The notes under the pieces: model-generated
Database searches by the model: none
Told to the model about the DNA's origin: nothing
Seen by the model: the letters and a program-made list of their open reading frames with translations, nothing else
Program-made: the position numbers and the translations under genes
Shown: piece after piece, positions 37,852 to 51,144 of the stretch
How positions within the stretch are numbered: position 1 is the first letter of the stretch
Layout: each line of letters begins with the position of its first letter
Source of the DNA: Bugula neritina
Taxonomy: Eukaryota; Animalia; Bryozoa
NCBI GenBank assembly: GCA_964035545.1
Contig: OZ037772.1
Span: forward strand, 7,610,889-7,674,888
Direction of reading: 5' to 3'
Length of the DNA: 64,000 nucleotides

Positions 37852-38359
37852 AATGTTAACATATCTTTCTACTTGAATGTTGATTCTATCTATGGTTGGC
37901 GAAGTGAGCAGAACCTCTACGCGCCAAGCGTTCATCGGTATGGTGTGAATGCTGTGACAGTCCAGATTGCTGAGATTATCTAAAAGGCAGAGATCGTTTT
38001 TTAGACTGAGAAATATGAGGTGATGGTAAAGACTCGGTTGATTTATGCAATGACTGGGCTTTAGAGGAACGACCTCTTCTTGACGACAGCCTCTTGGACG
38101 TGCTGACTATATCGAGATGATTCCTTCAACAAACATAAATCAGCAATGCGAGAGTTCTTGAACTGTTGCAAAGTTTTTGCTGTTGGTGAAACATGAGCCA
38201 ACTGAGAATGCCTTCTTTGTGGTTGAAAAGATTTAGGAGTTGACTGTTTTTTTATGACGAGTGTAATTGGGAGTTTTGTTTTGAAAGAGGGCTTTCAAGC
38301 ATCTAGCTCTAGTATCTGAAGTTTTGTGAATAGATTGCAAAATTGCAAGCTCTTTCTGG

Positions 38360-38362
<3 letters not shown>
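37852..38362 (-). pseudogene. Frameshifted partial copy of the G8 terminal exon (42775-43312), carried along by a tandem duplication
   Basis: Collinear with 42770-43312 (for example ctttgtggttgaaaagatttaggagttg and gcaatgactgggctttagaggaacgacct) but has indels. It starts abruptly at the (TA)n tract at 38364. Confidence 0.85.
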
Positions 38363-38363
<1 letters not shown>

Positions 38364-38435
<72 letters not shown>

Positions 38436-38567
38436 AATGCTACTCTGAAGATGGGTACAGTGGTACCTGAAATATCAGTATAATTACTTTACCTAATAAA
38501 GTAATAAATCAACAATGTTTCTCGTATACTTATTTATAATCAAATTGCTAGCTCGTAAAGATATATT

Positions 38568-38652
<85 letters not shown>

Positions 38653-38654
38653 GT

Positions 38655-38738
<84 letters not shown>

Positions 38739-38752
38739 GTATATGTATATAA
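38364..38752. repeat. (TA)n tracts (38364-38428, 38571-38752) at the duplication junction
   Basis: Direct observation. Confidence 0.9.
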
Positions 38753-38843
38753 ATGAGTAATTGCAGTCATTAAAAGCATTTTATCCTCTAAAGAAACTAC
38801 AAAAATCTGTACCTTATCATTCAAGGTGTCACGGCTCCCTTCT

Positions 38844-41367
38844 CTACTCTACTTCTGTCAATTTCTTATAGGCACCCAGTATACATTTGTAATATGCTGA
38901 ATAATTCATATGAACATAGCAGATAGTAAAGTGTAATTAGCAATGGACATAATACAAATGATGACATTTTATTCAAACACAAGTTGGTTGAAAATGGTTT
39001 TGTTTTCTAATCTACAAAAACAAAAACCTTCTAGTTTAGTTGAAAGAAGATATGTATATATGTATGTACAAGGTATGAGTATGACAAACAAAGTACATAC
39101 AAGTATATCTTGACTACATGCTGAGATAAAAAATTGGTGAATCTAATTTCACCAGTATAGAAACATTATTTTACTAGAAGAAAAATAATTTTTAAATGTA
39201 ATTCTTAATGTATTGCTTGTTTTTTTGTTTAGAAGAGATATTTATTTCTATTAATCAGTTATTTTACTTTAGATATTCAAAAGTTATGTCTAAATAAACA
39301 ATAAAGTAGATTTATGCAGTTAGTAACTACAATAAAAAATTGAAACTTCTTCAGAATTCTTACCTTGATGAGTATTGAGTCTTGTTACAGAAGCGATTGT
39401 AATACATATCAGAATCATAGCAATCATGTTTGCCAAAAGAAAAAGATATAATAAGTCTCCAACATTTGTTTCGGATTTGACAGGAGTCTTTGTTTCAGTA
39501 GAGGTCATATTATTGACTTCAGCCATTGTTACTGTAGAGGTTTTAGTTGTCGTTGGTAATGGTGTTGTGGTAGTAGTTGCAGTTGTTGTAGTAGTTGTAG
39601 TTGTTGTTGTAGTAGTAGTTATATTAGATGTAGTTGTTGTTGTGGGAGTAGTGGTAGTTGTTGTAGTTGTAGTTTTAGGAGAGACTGCAATTAAATAAAA
39701 TGTAATATTATTGCAATTCATCTACTTTGAAAAAATGCAAATAACCTAAAAAGCACACTTCTACAATTCTGAGAGAATTCAAACCTAATTTTGAAGTAAA
39801 TTTAACATATAACACCAGCATTGTGACAACATTGTTTAAATTATTATGTGATATGTCAATTGGAACCTGAAAAAGCAGTTAAATTAAAAAAAAGCTTTTA
39901 ATCATGAGCAACTAGTAATAGACTTGACCAACTACTTACATCTAGTTGGCTGCAAATAGATTGTGAAAATTTTAAAATTTGTTTGTAAAGCTATTTTGTT
40001 ATACTCCGTGGTTTGATCCTTCAATGTTGCATTTAGTGATTACATAGGAAATATTGCAGACGAATGAGTTGGAAACAACACCAACTAGATAATTTTGCTT
40101 TACTCACGGTCGTAGAACAGTTGATAATATCGTCGCTTTCCAAGCACCCACACATAAAAGTACTTGGACTTGTCCAAAAGGTATATAGGCTTTTGTATGT
40201 GACAACGATCAACATTACCATTAACAATCACTGGCTTGGATGTCTGGGGAACGCAGATTGTGCTAACGAGAGATGAATAGAGATCCACTACCCTTATTAC
40301 ATTATTTCCCGTGTCAACTACCATGAATAAATCATTACTTAAAAACATCATATACCCGAGCTCTCTTGTTTTAGCTTCTGCAATTGGCCCGTCATGGTGT
40401 CCATTTTTAGATTCTAAAATTAGTGTTTCACCATTTTCATTTATTCGTGACACGCCTGTTGAATGAGTCATGTATACAGATTTTTTGTGTGGATCCAGAG
40501 CGATGTAACTGGCAAATCTGTTGGCTATGAAAATTGTCTCCACCACCCACTCGCTGTGCCATTTACGTATTCGTCGCACACTTGGTTTTTTATTTTCGAA
40601 AAAAAGCACGTCGTCTCGTGCGTAGTATAGCAATCCTATTGGCTCTCCAATTCCGGCAACGCTAAAATTTCCGTCTTTGACAAAAGACTTTGTGCATTTG
40701 CCGACAAGCTCTGCAGATTGGAGGCTTTTCCGATTTACGTGACGGATGCAACTATTAGTGTGATCTGCTATCCACACCACATTTTTATCTTCAGGAAATA
40801 GAAGTACTCCGGTAATGACACCGTATCTAGAATACAAGCCTTTAGCTTCTTTATATCCACTATACCTAATAGTCCCAGCAATTGACGAGTAAAATTGAGC
40901 TCTTTCAACAGTTAGTAATGCATATCCAAACACAACTAGAAAATTCTTTTTGTAATAATTATCAAAATTCATATATCGTAAAACTGAATCTCTGTGCTCA
41001 TTGATTGTACGCATAGGTAGGGTGTTCAGCACTAAACGTTTGAATCTCCAACTGAAAAGAAAAAATTAAAATATTTCAACGAGCAACACATATGCTAGCT
41101 ATACTAAACAAGACTTTTGAAAAGTTTCTTTAGCTATGGAAAAATATTTGGCATTGGAAATTATAAAACTACCAAATTACTTAGAGTGAAGACTTGTGGA
41201 ACAAAAATTGTGTTGTTGCAAATTTGCCTGTTCTCAGGTTATACTGTATATCATTATAAGTCTGTTGGTATGATGCATAAAGTTGTTCTACATAAAATAA
41301 ATTCCACAGTTTTGCTTTAATACTTATAAGGTACATCATGAAGTAAATGATCATTTTTGACTTTTAA

Positions 41368-41425
<58 letters not shown>

Positions 41426-41851
41426 ATACGCATACCGTTGTACTAGGTCAGTGGGGATTCTTTCAGCTAACAAAGTGGTAATATGCACAATCTACAATAA
41501 AAATTAAAAGATAAACCCTTCGAAAGAATTTGAGCTATAATATGCATATTTTGCTTTTTGAAATATAATATAATTTTTAATTTCTAGTCATAAAAAACCG
41601 TCTCTAAACACATTGTTTATAAAATATAAGCATTAACATTTGTAACTCGCACCTAAATCTACAGTGGTGTGACCTGATACAAAATGTAATACCCAGTTGA
41701 GGATATAATTCATGAAGAGAGTGCAGCAATATAAAATTATAGTTTTTCACAGCGACTTTAATTGTTGTACTTAACTTAAATAATTTGTAAATTGAGAGAA
41801 TGTGTAATTGCTATAGTTACTCACCAATATGAGTTCAATCGGGAAATTCAT
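38844..41851 (-). CDS. G7: recent duplicate of G6 with truncated tail; exons 41851-41825, 41491-41436, 41051-40108, 39684-39364, 38896-38844 (stop)
   Basis: Signal MNFPIELIL+IVHITTLLA. Propeller ORF 40100-41032. TM is [21 protein letters not shown]. Tail exon reads [17 protein letters not shown] because of a net +4-nt indel relative to G6. Confidence 0.85.
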
Positions 41852-42774
41852 AGTTCATAGTTCATGTATTTGTCTACAGTTTTTACGTTTCAAGCTCTAG
41901 ATACATATGCTAAATGTGTCTACACAGTAGTATGTTAGGAATTCAAAAAATTGATACTTTTTTTCACAAGCTTGGCAGTTTTTTTAGTAATGGTTGTTTT
42001 TTTTCTAGTCACATAAACTACAATGTAAAATAAATTGACTATATAGCATAGCTTCAGTACCCATAGCCTTGTTATTTGTTATTTCTTTTTCAGAATGTTT
42101 AATTTTATTTTGTCTGGCAAAATTTGCAATGATTTTAAATCACTCAGGTAAATAAATTATAGGAATATTTAGTTTAGCAGTTGAGATAGCCCACTAAAAG
42201 TAATAGCTTCGTTGCTGATAGAAACAAATTTACTTAAAGAATCCCTGACACATTTCACTGCAACACTGAAACATTCTTGTATATGTTAGTTTTCATTTGC
42301 ATACTGTACTAGGTTATATGTCTAAACAATATTTTTTGTAATGTAATGTGATGTGTGTACTGGAATAATTTGGAATTTCTGATGACCTGGAAATTAAATT
42401 TTTGGTCGGCTTTAACTTGGGCTTAACAATTTAAACTTTGAGCTTTCAAACCATATTAGTGATTATGCTGTGCAGTGAAGCAGATAACAATGGCATGCAA
42501 TGAAAGTTAGCTATAATTAGTGTCTGGGATTTTTCAAAAAATCAATTATAATGATGTGTTTTTGGCAAAATATTATATTCTTATAACTTTTAAATGATTA
42601 TATGATTAAATGATTTAAATGATTATAACATATTTGAAGTATATGTTTAAACTTCAATGGTATCATGTATTTGCATGTATTAAAAAATGATTTCCTTCAA
42701 CCAAATTTTATAGATTAAAACTAGTATATAGTTCGTATAAGCGCTAACTGGAGACAATGAGTTTCAAGCAAATG

Positions 42775-45700
42775 TTAGTATCTCTTTCTGTTTGAGTGTT
42801 GATTTGATCTATGGTTGGCGGAGTGAGCAGAACCTCTACGTGACGAGCGTTCATCAGAATAGTGGGAATGCTGTGACAGTCGTGACTGCTGAGACTGTCT
42901 AGAAGGCATAGATTGTTTCCGAGACTGAGAAATATGAGGCGATGGTAAAGACTCAGTTGATCTATGCAATGACTGGGCTTTAGAGGAACGACCTCCTTTT
43001 GAAGAGAGATTTTCTGGGGCTTGCTTCCTGACAGCATATTGAACAGGCTGACTATGTCGAGATGATTCCCTCAACAAACCTACTTCAACGTTGCGAGAGT
43101 TCTTGAATTGCTGCGAAGTCCTAACTGTTGGTGAAACGTGAGCCGGCTGAGAATTTCTTCTTTGTGGTTGAAAAGATTTAGGAGTTGGCTGTTTCTTTGA
43201 TGATGAGTGTAATTTGGAGTTTGGTTTTGAAAGAGGGTTTTCAAAAGACTGAGAAGCTCTAGCATCTGAAGTTTTGTGAGTAGATTGCATAAGTGCAAGC
43301 TCTTTCTGGAACTTGGCAATTTCAGCTGATGAAAAACGTGGAGCAGACGTGTTTTCGGAAGGTGACTTGGAAGATTTGCGCTGCTGCGGTTGGTAGTGTG
43401 AGTTTGATGTCTTTCTGTTAACTGCTTCTTGATGCTGAGATATTTGAGGAACTCTTTTTTCAGACTTACTTGAAGCTTTGAATTGTCCTGGTGACAAGAA
43501 AGAGTGCTAAAAGTAAACCATAATTTGGTCAGACAACTTCAAATAACCCCTGTCCAATGAAAAATCTCAATGTTTCAGAATCAGCAGAGAAATTGTTCCA
43601 CAAGTTGAAAAAATGTTTAATGAATAATTTTCTAAATTTCAGTAATTACAGTTTCATTATAGAAACTGAGCAGTCTAAAACTGCTGCCAAAGAACAAAAT
43701 GTTCAGCAAATATAGAGGTGCGCTTGTGAATCTGTATTTCTGAGCCAAAACTTGTAAGCTATTGCCTGGATAGCTTAGGAGCAAATTTTATTAAAAACTG
43801 GTAGAAACCTTTTTTGGCGCAAACTATTTACTAAACCAAAGTTGTAAAATATATGTATTATTAAATAAACACTAGATGAAAAAACACTTTTTATTTAATT
43901 TTAAGCTCTAATTTTAATGTAGTTGTAAATGAGGAAGTATATTATATTCTATAAACCTCTAATTTTACATTGACTTTGTTTTGTAACCGAGAACTTGAAT
44001 TTGGGCTGTCTCTGGAACTTGACCTTCTCCTTGTCTACAAAAAAAATTAAGTTTTACAATTCAATTAAAAATATATTGCTATTAAAATACAAATAAGCTC
44101 CTAGTTAGGTCTTATTTATTCATTCAATGCACACAAACACATGTGCATGCACACAGTGAACACACAGACCTGCGCATAAACATTCACACACGAACAAACA
44201 CACACACACACACGCACACACGCACAAACTATACACATGCACACACACACACACGCACACGCACACGCACACGCACACGCACACGCACACGCACACGCAC
44301 ACGCACACAAACTATACACAAACTAAACATAAACTATACACAAACTATACACATACACATGCATGCAGTGTACACAGGGCTTATCTGTGTGTGTGTGTGT
44401 GCGTGCGTGTGTGTGTGTGTGTGCTTGCGTGTGTGTGTGTGCGTGTGTGCGTGTGTGCGTGTGTGCGTATGTGCGTGTGTGCGTGTGTGCGTGTGTGCGT
44501 GTGTGTGTGTGTGTGCATGCATGTGTGTGTGCTTGTGTGTGACTAAACCGTTGACAGCTTAAAAAAGATTAGCAGCAAACCTTAATTTTCTTTTTTGACC
44601 ATCTCTCATTTGAATTTGCGCTCTGTAAAACATTCAAAAGTTCTCATTATATTATTTGACAAACATTTGACTGGATCAGAGTGTTTTCAGGCTTTCACTG
44701 TAGCAAAGTTGGGAGATGTAGTACTAAAAATTTCAATTAAATCAACACAATGAAAATTTTAAAGCAATATATTTTAATTAGGAAGCAGCAATGGTCTAGG
44801 GGTTAGAGCGTTTGTCTAGTAGACACACAGTCATGGGTTTGAAACCTAACAAAAACCATTATAGTAACATTAGAAAAAACATTCAGTAGTAATTTCTAAT
44901 AGATCCTTAGCCTAATATAACAACAACCCCTTTCATCATGGGCTCCTACAGAGATAGTGACAATAAACTAGTACGGTGAGATAATTTACAACTTCATAAT
45001 TTCATAATAATTTACAACTTCTGAATTTCCGATACTAATAGCAGAGATGTCAACACCATTATATATCTTTGTAATTGCTGTTGGGTAAATATCAGTAACA
45101 TTTTGTAAAGCTTTTCATGCATTCATTCATTTTCATTATCTATATCTGTGAAGTCAGACAAGCCTGGAATTCACCATTAGGAAAAAAAAGTTGATGATAG
45201 TAGCATTGAAATGCTTGAACTGTATCCTTGTTGATGCAAAAAAAGCAGATTTTGATTTCATTCTTCTTCTGACCTCATGTTCAGTTTTGATAAAATATCA
45301 GTTTGCTGACGTAGAGATTGGTAAACTATAGCAATTAAACCAACTAAACTACTTTCTGTATTATTTATATTTTGCTCAGTGCATTAACTTTTGAAGAAAA
45401 TGTTCTATCATAAACTATGGTTCATTATCATGAGTTGATTACTTATATTAGCTATGAGTCTTAGTCAAACATAGTATAATGTACCTGTAGATCTCTTTGC
45501 AATTGTTGCAAGGCATGGTGTACTGAGGCAGAGTTTCTTCGGTCTTCCTCAAATTTATTCTTTCTCTATAAATGGGTTATTTTACTTAATTTAATACGTA
45601 CATGAAATCTTCATTTTTTGCTGTTTTTCACAGTTTTTCTGCTATTGTTTATGGGTTTTTACCCAAAACTAATAACATATCATTAAATACAACTAAACAA

Positions 45701-48700
45701 TCAAGGTTAATTTTAATTTTGCCCATTTACCCTATTTTCTTCTAATAACTTGACTAATTTGGTCACAATTTTAAATCCAATTAATTTAATAAATTATTGA
45801 CAACTTTTTTATTGAATATGCAATAAAATGTAATTATGTATAATGGTACAATTGTTCAATTGTAGCCTCTACAGTGTAATATGGGTAGCATGATGGCTTG
45901 CAAGTTAAATGAACATGGCCAAAGTTTGCTTTTACAAACAAATATTAACTTGCATGTGGATAGTTAAAACCCAGTTTTTAGTTCGAAATAGTTTTAAACA
46001 AAGTAACCTAAGTTTGCCAATTAAAAAGTTATTTACCCCAGCATCTGCGTTTCTTTTTGGGTGATGCTTTGCCTCCCTGCTGGGATTGGACCTTGGTTCA
46101 TAGTCATGGCTCAGAAGCTGGAACAAAATGTTTTCAGTTAGTTAGAGTACTCATATGAGCAGTAACCTCTATGAATATTTTACACTCACACAAAAATGTT
46201 GGAATAAATTTCTTCTAAATTCTTCAAAACAGACACCTTGCAAATACCGTAGTTATAACTATTAAACTCTACTGGAGTTGGTAAAGCGTTCTTGAAACAT
46301 ATTGCAATGATTTTAGCTGTTTCAAAAAAGAAAAATTATAATTTCACTTTTTAACTGGTATAACCAGATTTTGAACAATTCAAAAAGAAATAAAATTTGC
46401 TCACATATATCTTACGATAAGTTGGAATCGCAGGGCAAACACATGCATGCTTATTGGATTTGTAGTTTTTGACCATATAGCATATGTTGCAAAGAAAATT
46501 AATTGAAATAAATGAACTTATTTGAGAACAAACTGTTTTGTTCTGTCAATTTTAGCATACCTCATACTTTGTGTCATCATAATCGCCAGTGTGTTTGGTA
46601 TAGTTGTCATATTTAGTATAGCCGTCATCATAGTATGAGTAATAGTAAGATGTGTCCTTGTGTTTTGAGATCATCTCCTCCGCCTTCGAACGAAGTTTTT
46701 TTTCTGAAAACGTAAGGAACAGTATTTACTTTGCTGCTCTCAAGCATAAATAGTAAAAGTGGCCAAATAAGATTTTTCAATTTACAACAAATTTGAATCA
46801 TTTAATTTTTGGAATATGTTCACAATGTGCTTTTTCAAGCAGTTTTTTATAATTAGCGTAACAAATAATGATAAAAAGCCATGTTTTAACATTTTTTTAT
46901 GAACTATTGGTAATTATTTCAACACTTATGCAATATTTGGCTTTACAAACCATTGAAAAAAGGTTTCATTTCTTTATAAGCCATACTGCCTTATACCGTA
47001 AAAGTTTACTAAATTTAGTAAAATTGTGCATTTTATAAGAGCACTTGAAGAGTTTAAAATTAAACTGAAGTAGTTGGAAAAAAAAACCAAAGCAGAACAC
47101 TCACTTCTGTACCTCTCGATGAAGAGAATAAGCAACACGGCAGCTACTGATATTCCAATACCAATGCCCATTCCAGCAAAAATATATACGGTCTTTGATA
47201 GTCCTTGTGATGGAGGGGAACTTGTCCGCCCTGCCTGACGAGCTACTCTTTTCAAAACTTTGGTTTCAGCTTTTATACCGTCTTCACCTTCAACAAAATA
47301 TAAATGAGGTTGTTAGTGCCATTTTCTTCCATCACATCTGGTGATTGTATTTTGTTATTTTTCTCTTACAGGTTGTGAAACTGTGTTAAACTAAATTGAA
47401 ATCAGATGTTTTTGCTATGCTTAATGCACAATTTGTGTTGTTTTACTTGTAGTTTTATTGATGGGTGTTTGTGAGGGATGTTTGGTTGTCATCAAAGCTT
47501 CTTCGAGTGCTCTAGTAACTTTTAGTGTAGATTTAGTGTAGGCTGTTTTAACTACAAAAGGATATAAATAATAGTTTACTTACATATTCAAGCTATGTAA
47601 TTTAATAAAGTAACTATAATCAGGCATATTTTCAGTATTTGCTGGTGAATTATTTATTTATTCTATAAGGGAAAACAAAGTATTGCTATTTGTGTGTTTG
47701 TTTTTTTACAATAGTCAATAAACTTATTATAGAATATTTTATTATGGACAAAACTAAGTGAATTATCTGCTGCTGTTGATATTGCAATGAAAAAAAATTT
47801 GTTTTGAAATTCTAATAAGAATATAATCTGTTGGATATGAAACCATTTCTCAGACCATTAGAGAGAATAAAGACAGATAAAGATAAATAACAATTGAAAT
47901 ATAAAATTGTGTCTAAGTTCATACATACATGTATGTAGCAGAGTTGTTGATATATATAATTACAATGTAAGTGTCTTGAAGCTTTGATTTATGAATTTTG
48001 AATTATTTATAAAATGTTGTACACTTTCAGGAATAGGAGGAAGCACCTGTGCTTTAGGAATAATAGATCATAAAAATATAATATTAGTAAACACAATGTT
48101 ATGTATTGAAATGGCGCACATGTCATTGGTGTTATTCAAGAATGCATTCCACCCTAATTTTTTCTTCTTCTGCAATAGTAAAGTGTCTATAGAAATCGCT
48201 AAATTTTTTTTTTGAAGCAGTGGTTCCCATCGTACACTAATTTCATGTGTAAAGTATACATTTTATAACTGTTGTGGATAAAAAGTGATCAGGTACATGT
48301 ATAATAGGACCTTCTAATTCCTATATACGTATAACTAATTAGTAGACATTAAGCTCACCTCTATACTTTAGTTCATAAGAGTATTGGTTTCCAATAATAT
48401 ATAATGCTTTCTCTTCTTCATTACTCACAATGTGCCTAGGATGATCAAGCTGACAGACATGAATGTCTCCATTTACAGAGTCATAAGGATGAGTTGATTG
48501 TGTCTGACATATTGAAGAGACTTGAGAATTATCAAAATCAACTAGTCTGAGAACGTGGTTAAAGTTGTCAACCACAACCAGTAACTTCTCGTTTAAAAAG
48601 AGCATATCTGTAGGGTTTCGCATTTTTGCTGACAAAAGTGGGCCGTCCATATACCCAGCTGTTTCTTCTCCAACAACAACTTCTTCTTGGACATTGACTT

Positions 48701-50741
48701 TAGAAATACCTGAGCCATGAGCCATATAAACATACTCTTTGGCAGGATCAAAGACAATACTATTAACTCTGTGGCTAGTTCGGCGTATGGAGACAATTTT
48801 CCAAGAGCTATTTTTGTGAGTGCGACGCATGCTTAGGTTTTCATTATCAAAAAACCAAATGTCATTTTCAGCATACTGCAGTAGACCTACAGGATATCCA
48901 ATTTCGGCAACAGGAAATGTCCCATCTTTGGTCCCAATTATTCCACATTTTCCTGCTAGCTCAGCTGTTTCTCTTTGGTTTTGGTTGACATATCGAATAC
49001 AGTGGTTAGAGTAGTCCGCTACCCAAAGTAGGCCTGGTTTTTCTGGAAATGTTAATATTCCGGTGATAACGCCGAACTTAGCCTTAGAAAGTTGTCCCTC
49101 CACATATCCACTTTCGGTTGGGCTCCCTGAGATTTTCCAAAGCTGCTTTAAGTTAGTGGTTCTAAAAATAGAGTATCCACCCACACCATAGAAGCTTCTG
49201 GAACTGGCGAGATCTTTTACTATATTTCGATATAAAATGTTAGGGCTTGTCTCCCCTGTGTAATGTAATTGGTTCTTTGTGACATTCAGAAAATCCCATC
49301 TACAAATGAAGTAGGTAATGTGCATTTTTGTTGATTTATATCACATCACATCACATTTTATTATATTATAATATGCTAATACATCTAATGCCAAACATAA
49401 TATATTGTGTTGCATTATTTAGTATAATACTAAGGCTTATGCTGCTATAGATATAGTATATTTACATATATATATATATGTATATATGTATATTTATATT
49501 ATGTTGTATAATTTTGTTCCTTTTGCTATAACATTGTTTATATTTTAAATAGCATACCATATCATGTAGCATAATATCAAAATTATATTTTATTTCTTTT
49601 ATTAACTTTTGAATTATACACATTTCAACAATTTATTATGCCATATGTTATATTGTATTGCACACTATATTATTTTATAACAATTAATCATGCAATATTA
49701 TAACTTACAGCTATTATCAAACAATATTACGTTTATTCCACTTATATTATAATTTAAAAAGTATTTTATGATATCTTTAAATTAATATACTACACTATAA
49801 TTCATCTATATTATATCACACCACCATATCATAAAAACTTATCATTCATTATAGGCAAATCATAAGATGTAATGTATTATGATTTTTTTAAAGCACTTAA
49901 ATAAATCGCTATAAATATTATATGTAATATGGTAAATTCTTTTTCTGTGTAATCCAATTTATTTCAAAAGCTAATTATGTTTGAAGATAATAAAATATTG
50001 ATACCTCAATAAATGGCTTGTTGATGCCTGGTAACTTTGTCTATTCACGCTGTTGTGTACTTCACTAGAAACTGCCACCAATATCCATATCTGAAATTAT
50101 ACATCATTTGAACTGCAAGCAAGATATTCTATTTTATTACCAAAAGTTGATAAATTAGATAGTGCTGAGAGAAACAATCACTAAATATAACTCTAGCATA
50201 ACTCAATTACTTGTGGATAAAACAAGTAAGATAAAAATAACTCAGAAGGCTACTTGACCTATATTACTTTAGAAAAAAGATCCTTAGCAAATTAAAAATG
50301 TGTTGTTGTTTTTTTAAGTTGCATAAACATGACTCTAGATTTTAAAAATAAAACAACCAATTGGTTTTAGTAGTAATGATTTGTAGTAATAATTGCATTT
50401 CTTGTAATATTGAAAACATTATCTTAATTTTGTGTACTTTTTTATAAACACAAAATATATATCTTTTTGTTTGGGACAAATAATTTTTTTTAAGTAATCC
50501 CAGCTAATCGCTTCTTCTTTTGTTTAAAATTTGGTGAAATGCTAAAGTTCAAAAAGGAATACTGCATGAATAGGTTTAAGGTAAGATATGGCAATAGATA
50601 GTGTTACTTATACTGCATGATGAAAAATTATGAAAATGCTCAAATTACTTATAACTATATTAAACCTGTCAGGCATGGCAAACTACATGTAAATAGTTGT
50701 AAAAGTAAATAAATACGTACCAAAACAATTAAGTGATTCAT
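42775..50741 (-). CDS. G8: NHL-like propeller / stalk / TM receptor with long Tyr-rich then Ser/Gln/Arg-rich tail; exons 50741-50721, 50090-50005, 49299-48359, 47551-47447, 47287-47105, 46703-46561, 46117-46037, 45565-45485, 44622-44581, 44034-43969, 43506-42775
   Basis: Signal MNHLIVL+IWILVAVSS. Propeller ORF 48339-49325 (WVADYSNHCIRYVN, LAGKC, VVDNFNHVLRLVD). TM is VYIFAGMGIGIGISVAAVLLILFI. Phases are compatible through to the 240-aa ORF 42775-43497, which ends SNRKRY*. Confidence 0.83.
44125..44541. repeat. Opposed (CA)-rich and (TG)-rich microsatellite tracts in a G8 intron
   Basis: Direct observation. Confidence 0.9.
44781..44970 (+). mobile_element. SINE family 1 copy
   Basis: Starts gcagcaatggtctaggggttagagcgtttg and ends gatagtgacaataaac. 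Confidence 0.75.
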
Positions 50742-51144
50742 AATGACCCTCGACCATTATAACTCATGTTGAAAAAAGAAAAAAATGCTATCCAATTTTA
50801 ACTTGGAATCTTGAGAATTTAAAAAATTTAATTTATTGTTGAAAAGTAGGTATACTACTGAAAAGTAATTTAATTATAAATTTGTAATTAAACAAACTGT
50901 GTGGTATTTTACGCAGCAGACAATTTTACAACAAGCATGAGAACTACTGGTTCTAAAATACTCGTAATTTTATTTATATTGGTATACATTTGTTAGCTCA
51001 AAAACTTGAAGGAAAAACTGCATGAAGAATTGACACATTTTAAAGCCAGTGAAGGTCAATTTAAAACCAATTAAAAAGTCAGTGCAGTTTGTTGAGTTTG
51101 TTTCAGATAAGAAGTAAAAGAGTTTGCTTTCTACAGAGTCCCAC

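Noticed and set aside
38233-38355. G7 splicing into the captured G8 exon copy to make a chimeric tail
   Set aside because: An AG exists at 38357-38356, but G7 already stops at 38844 and the copy is frameshifted, so it could at most be 3' UTR.
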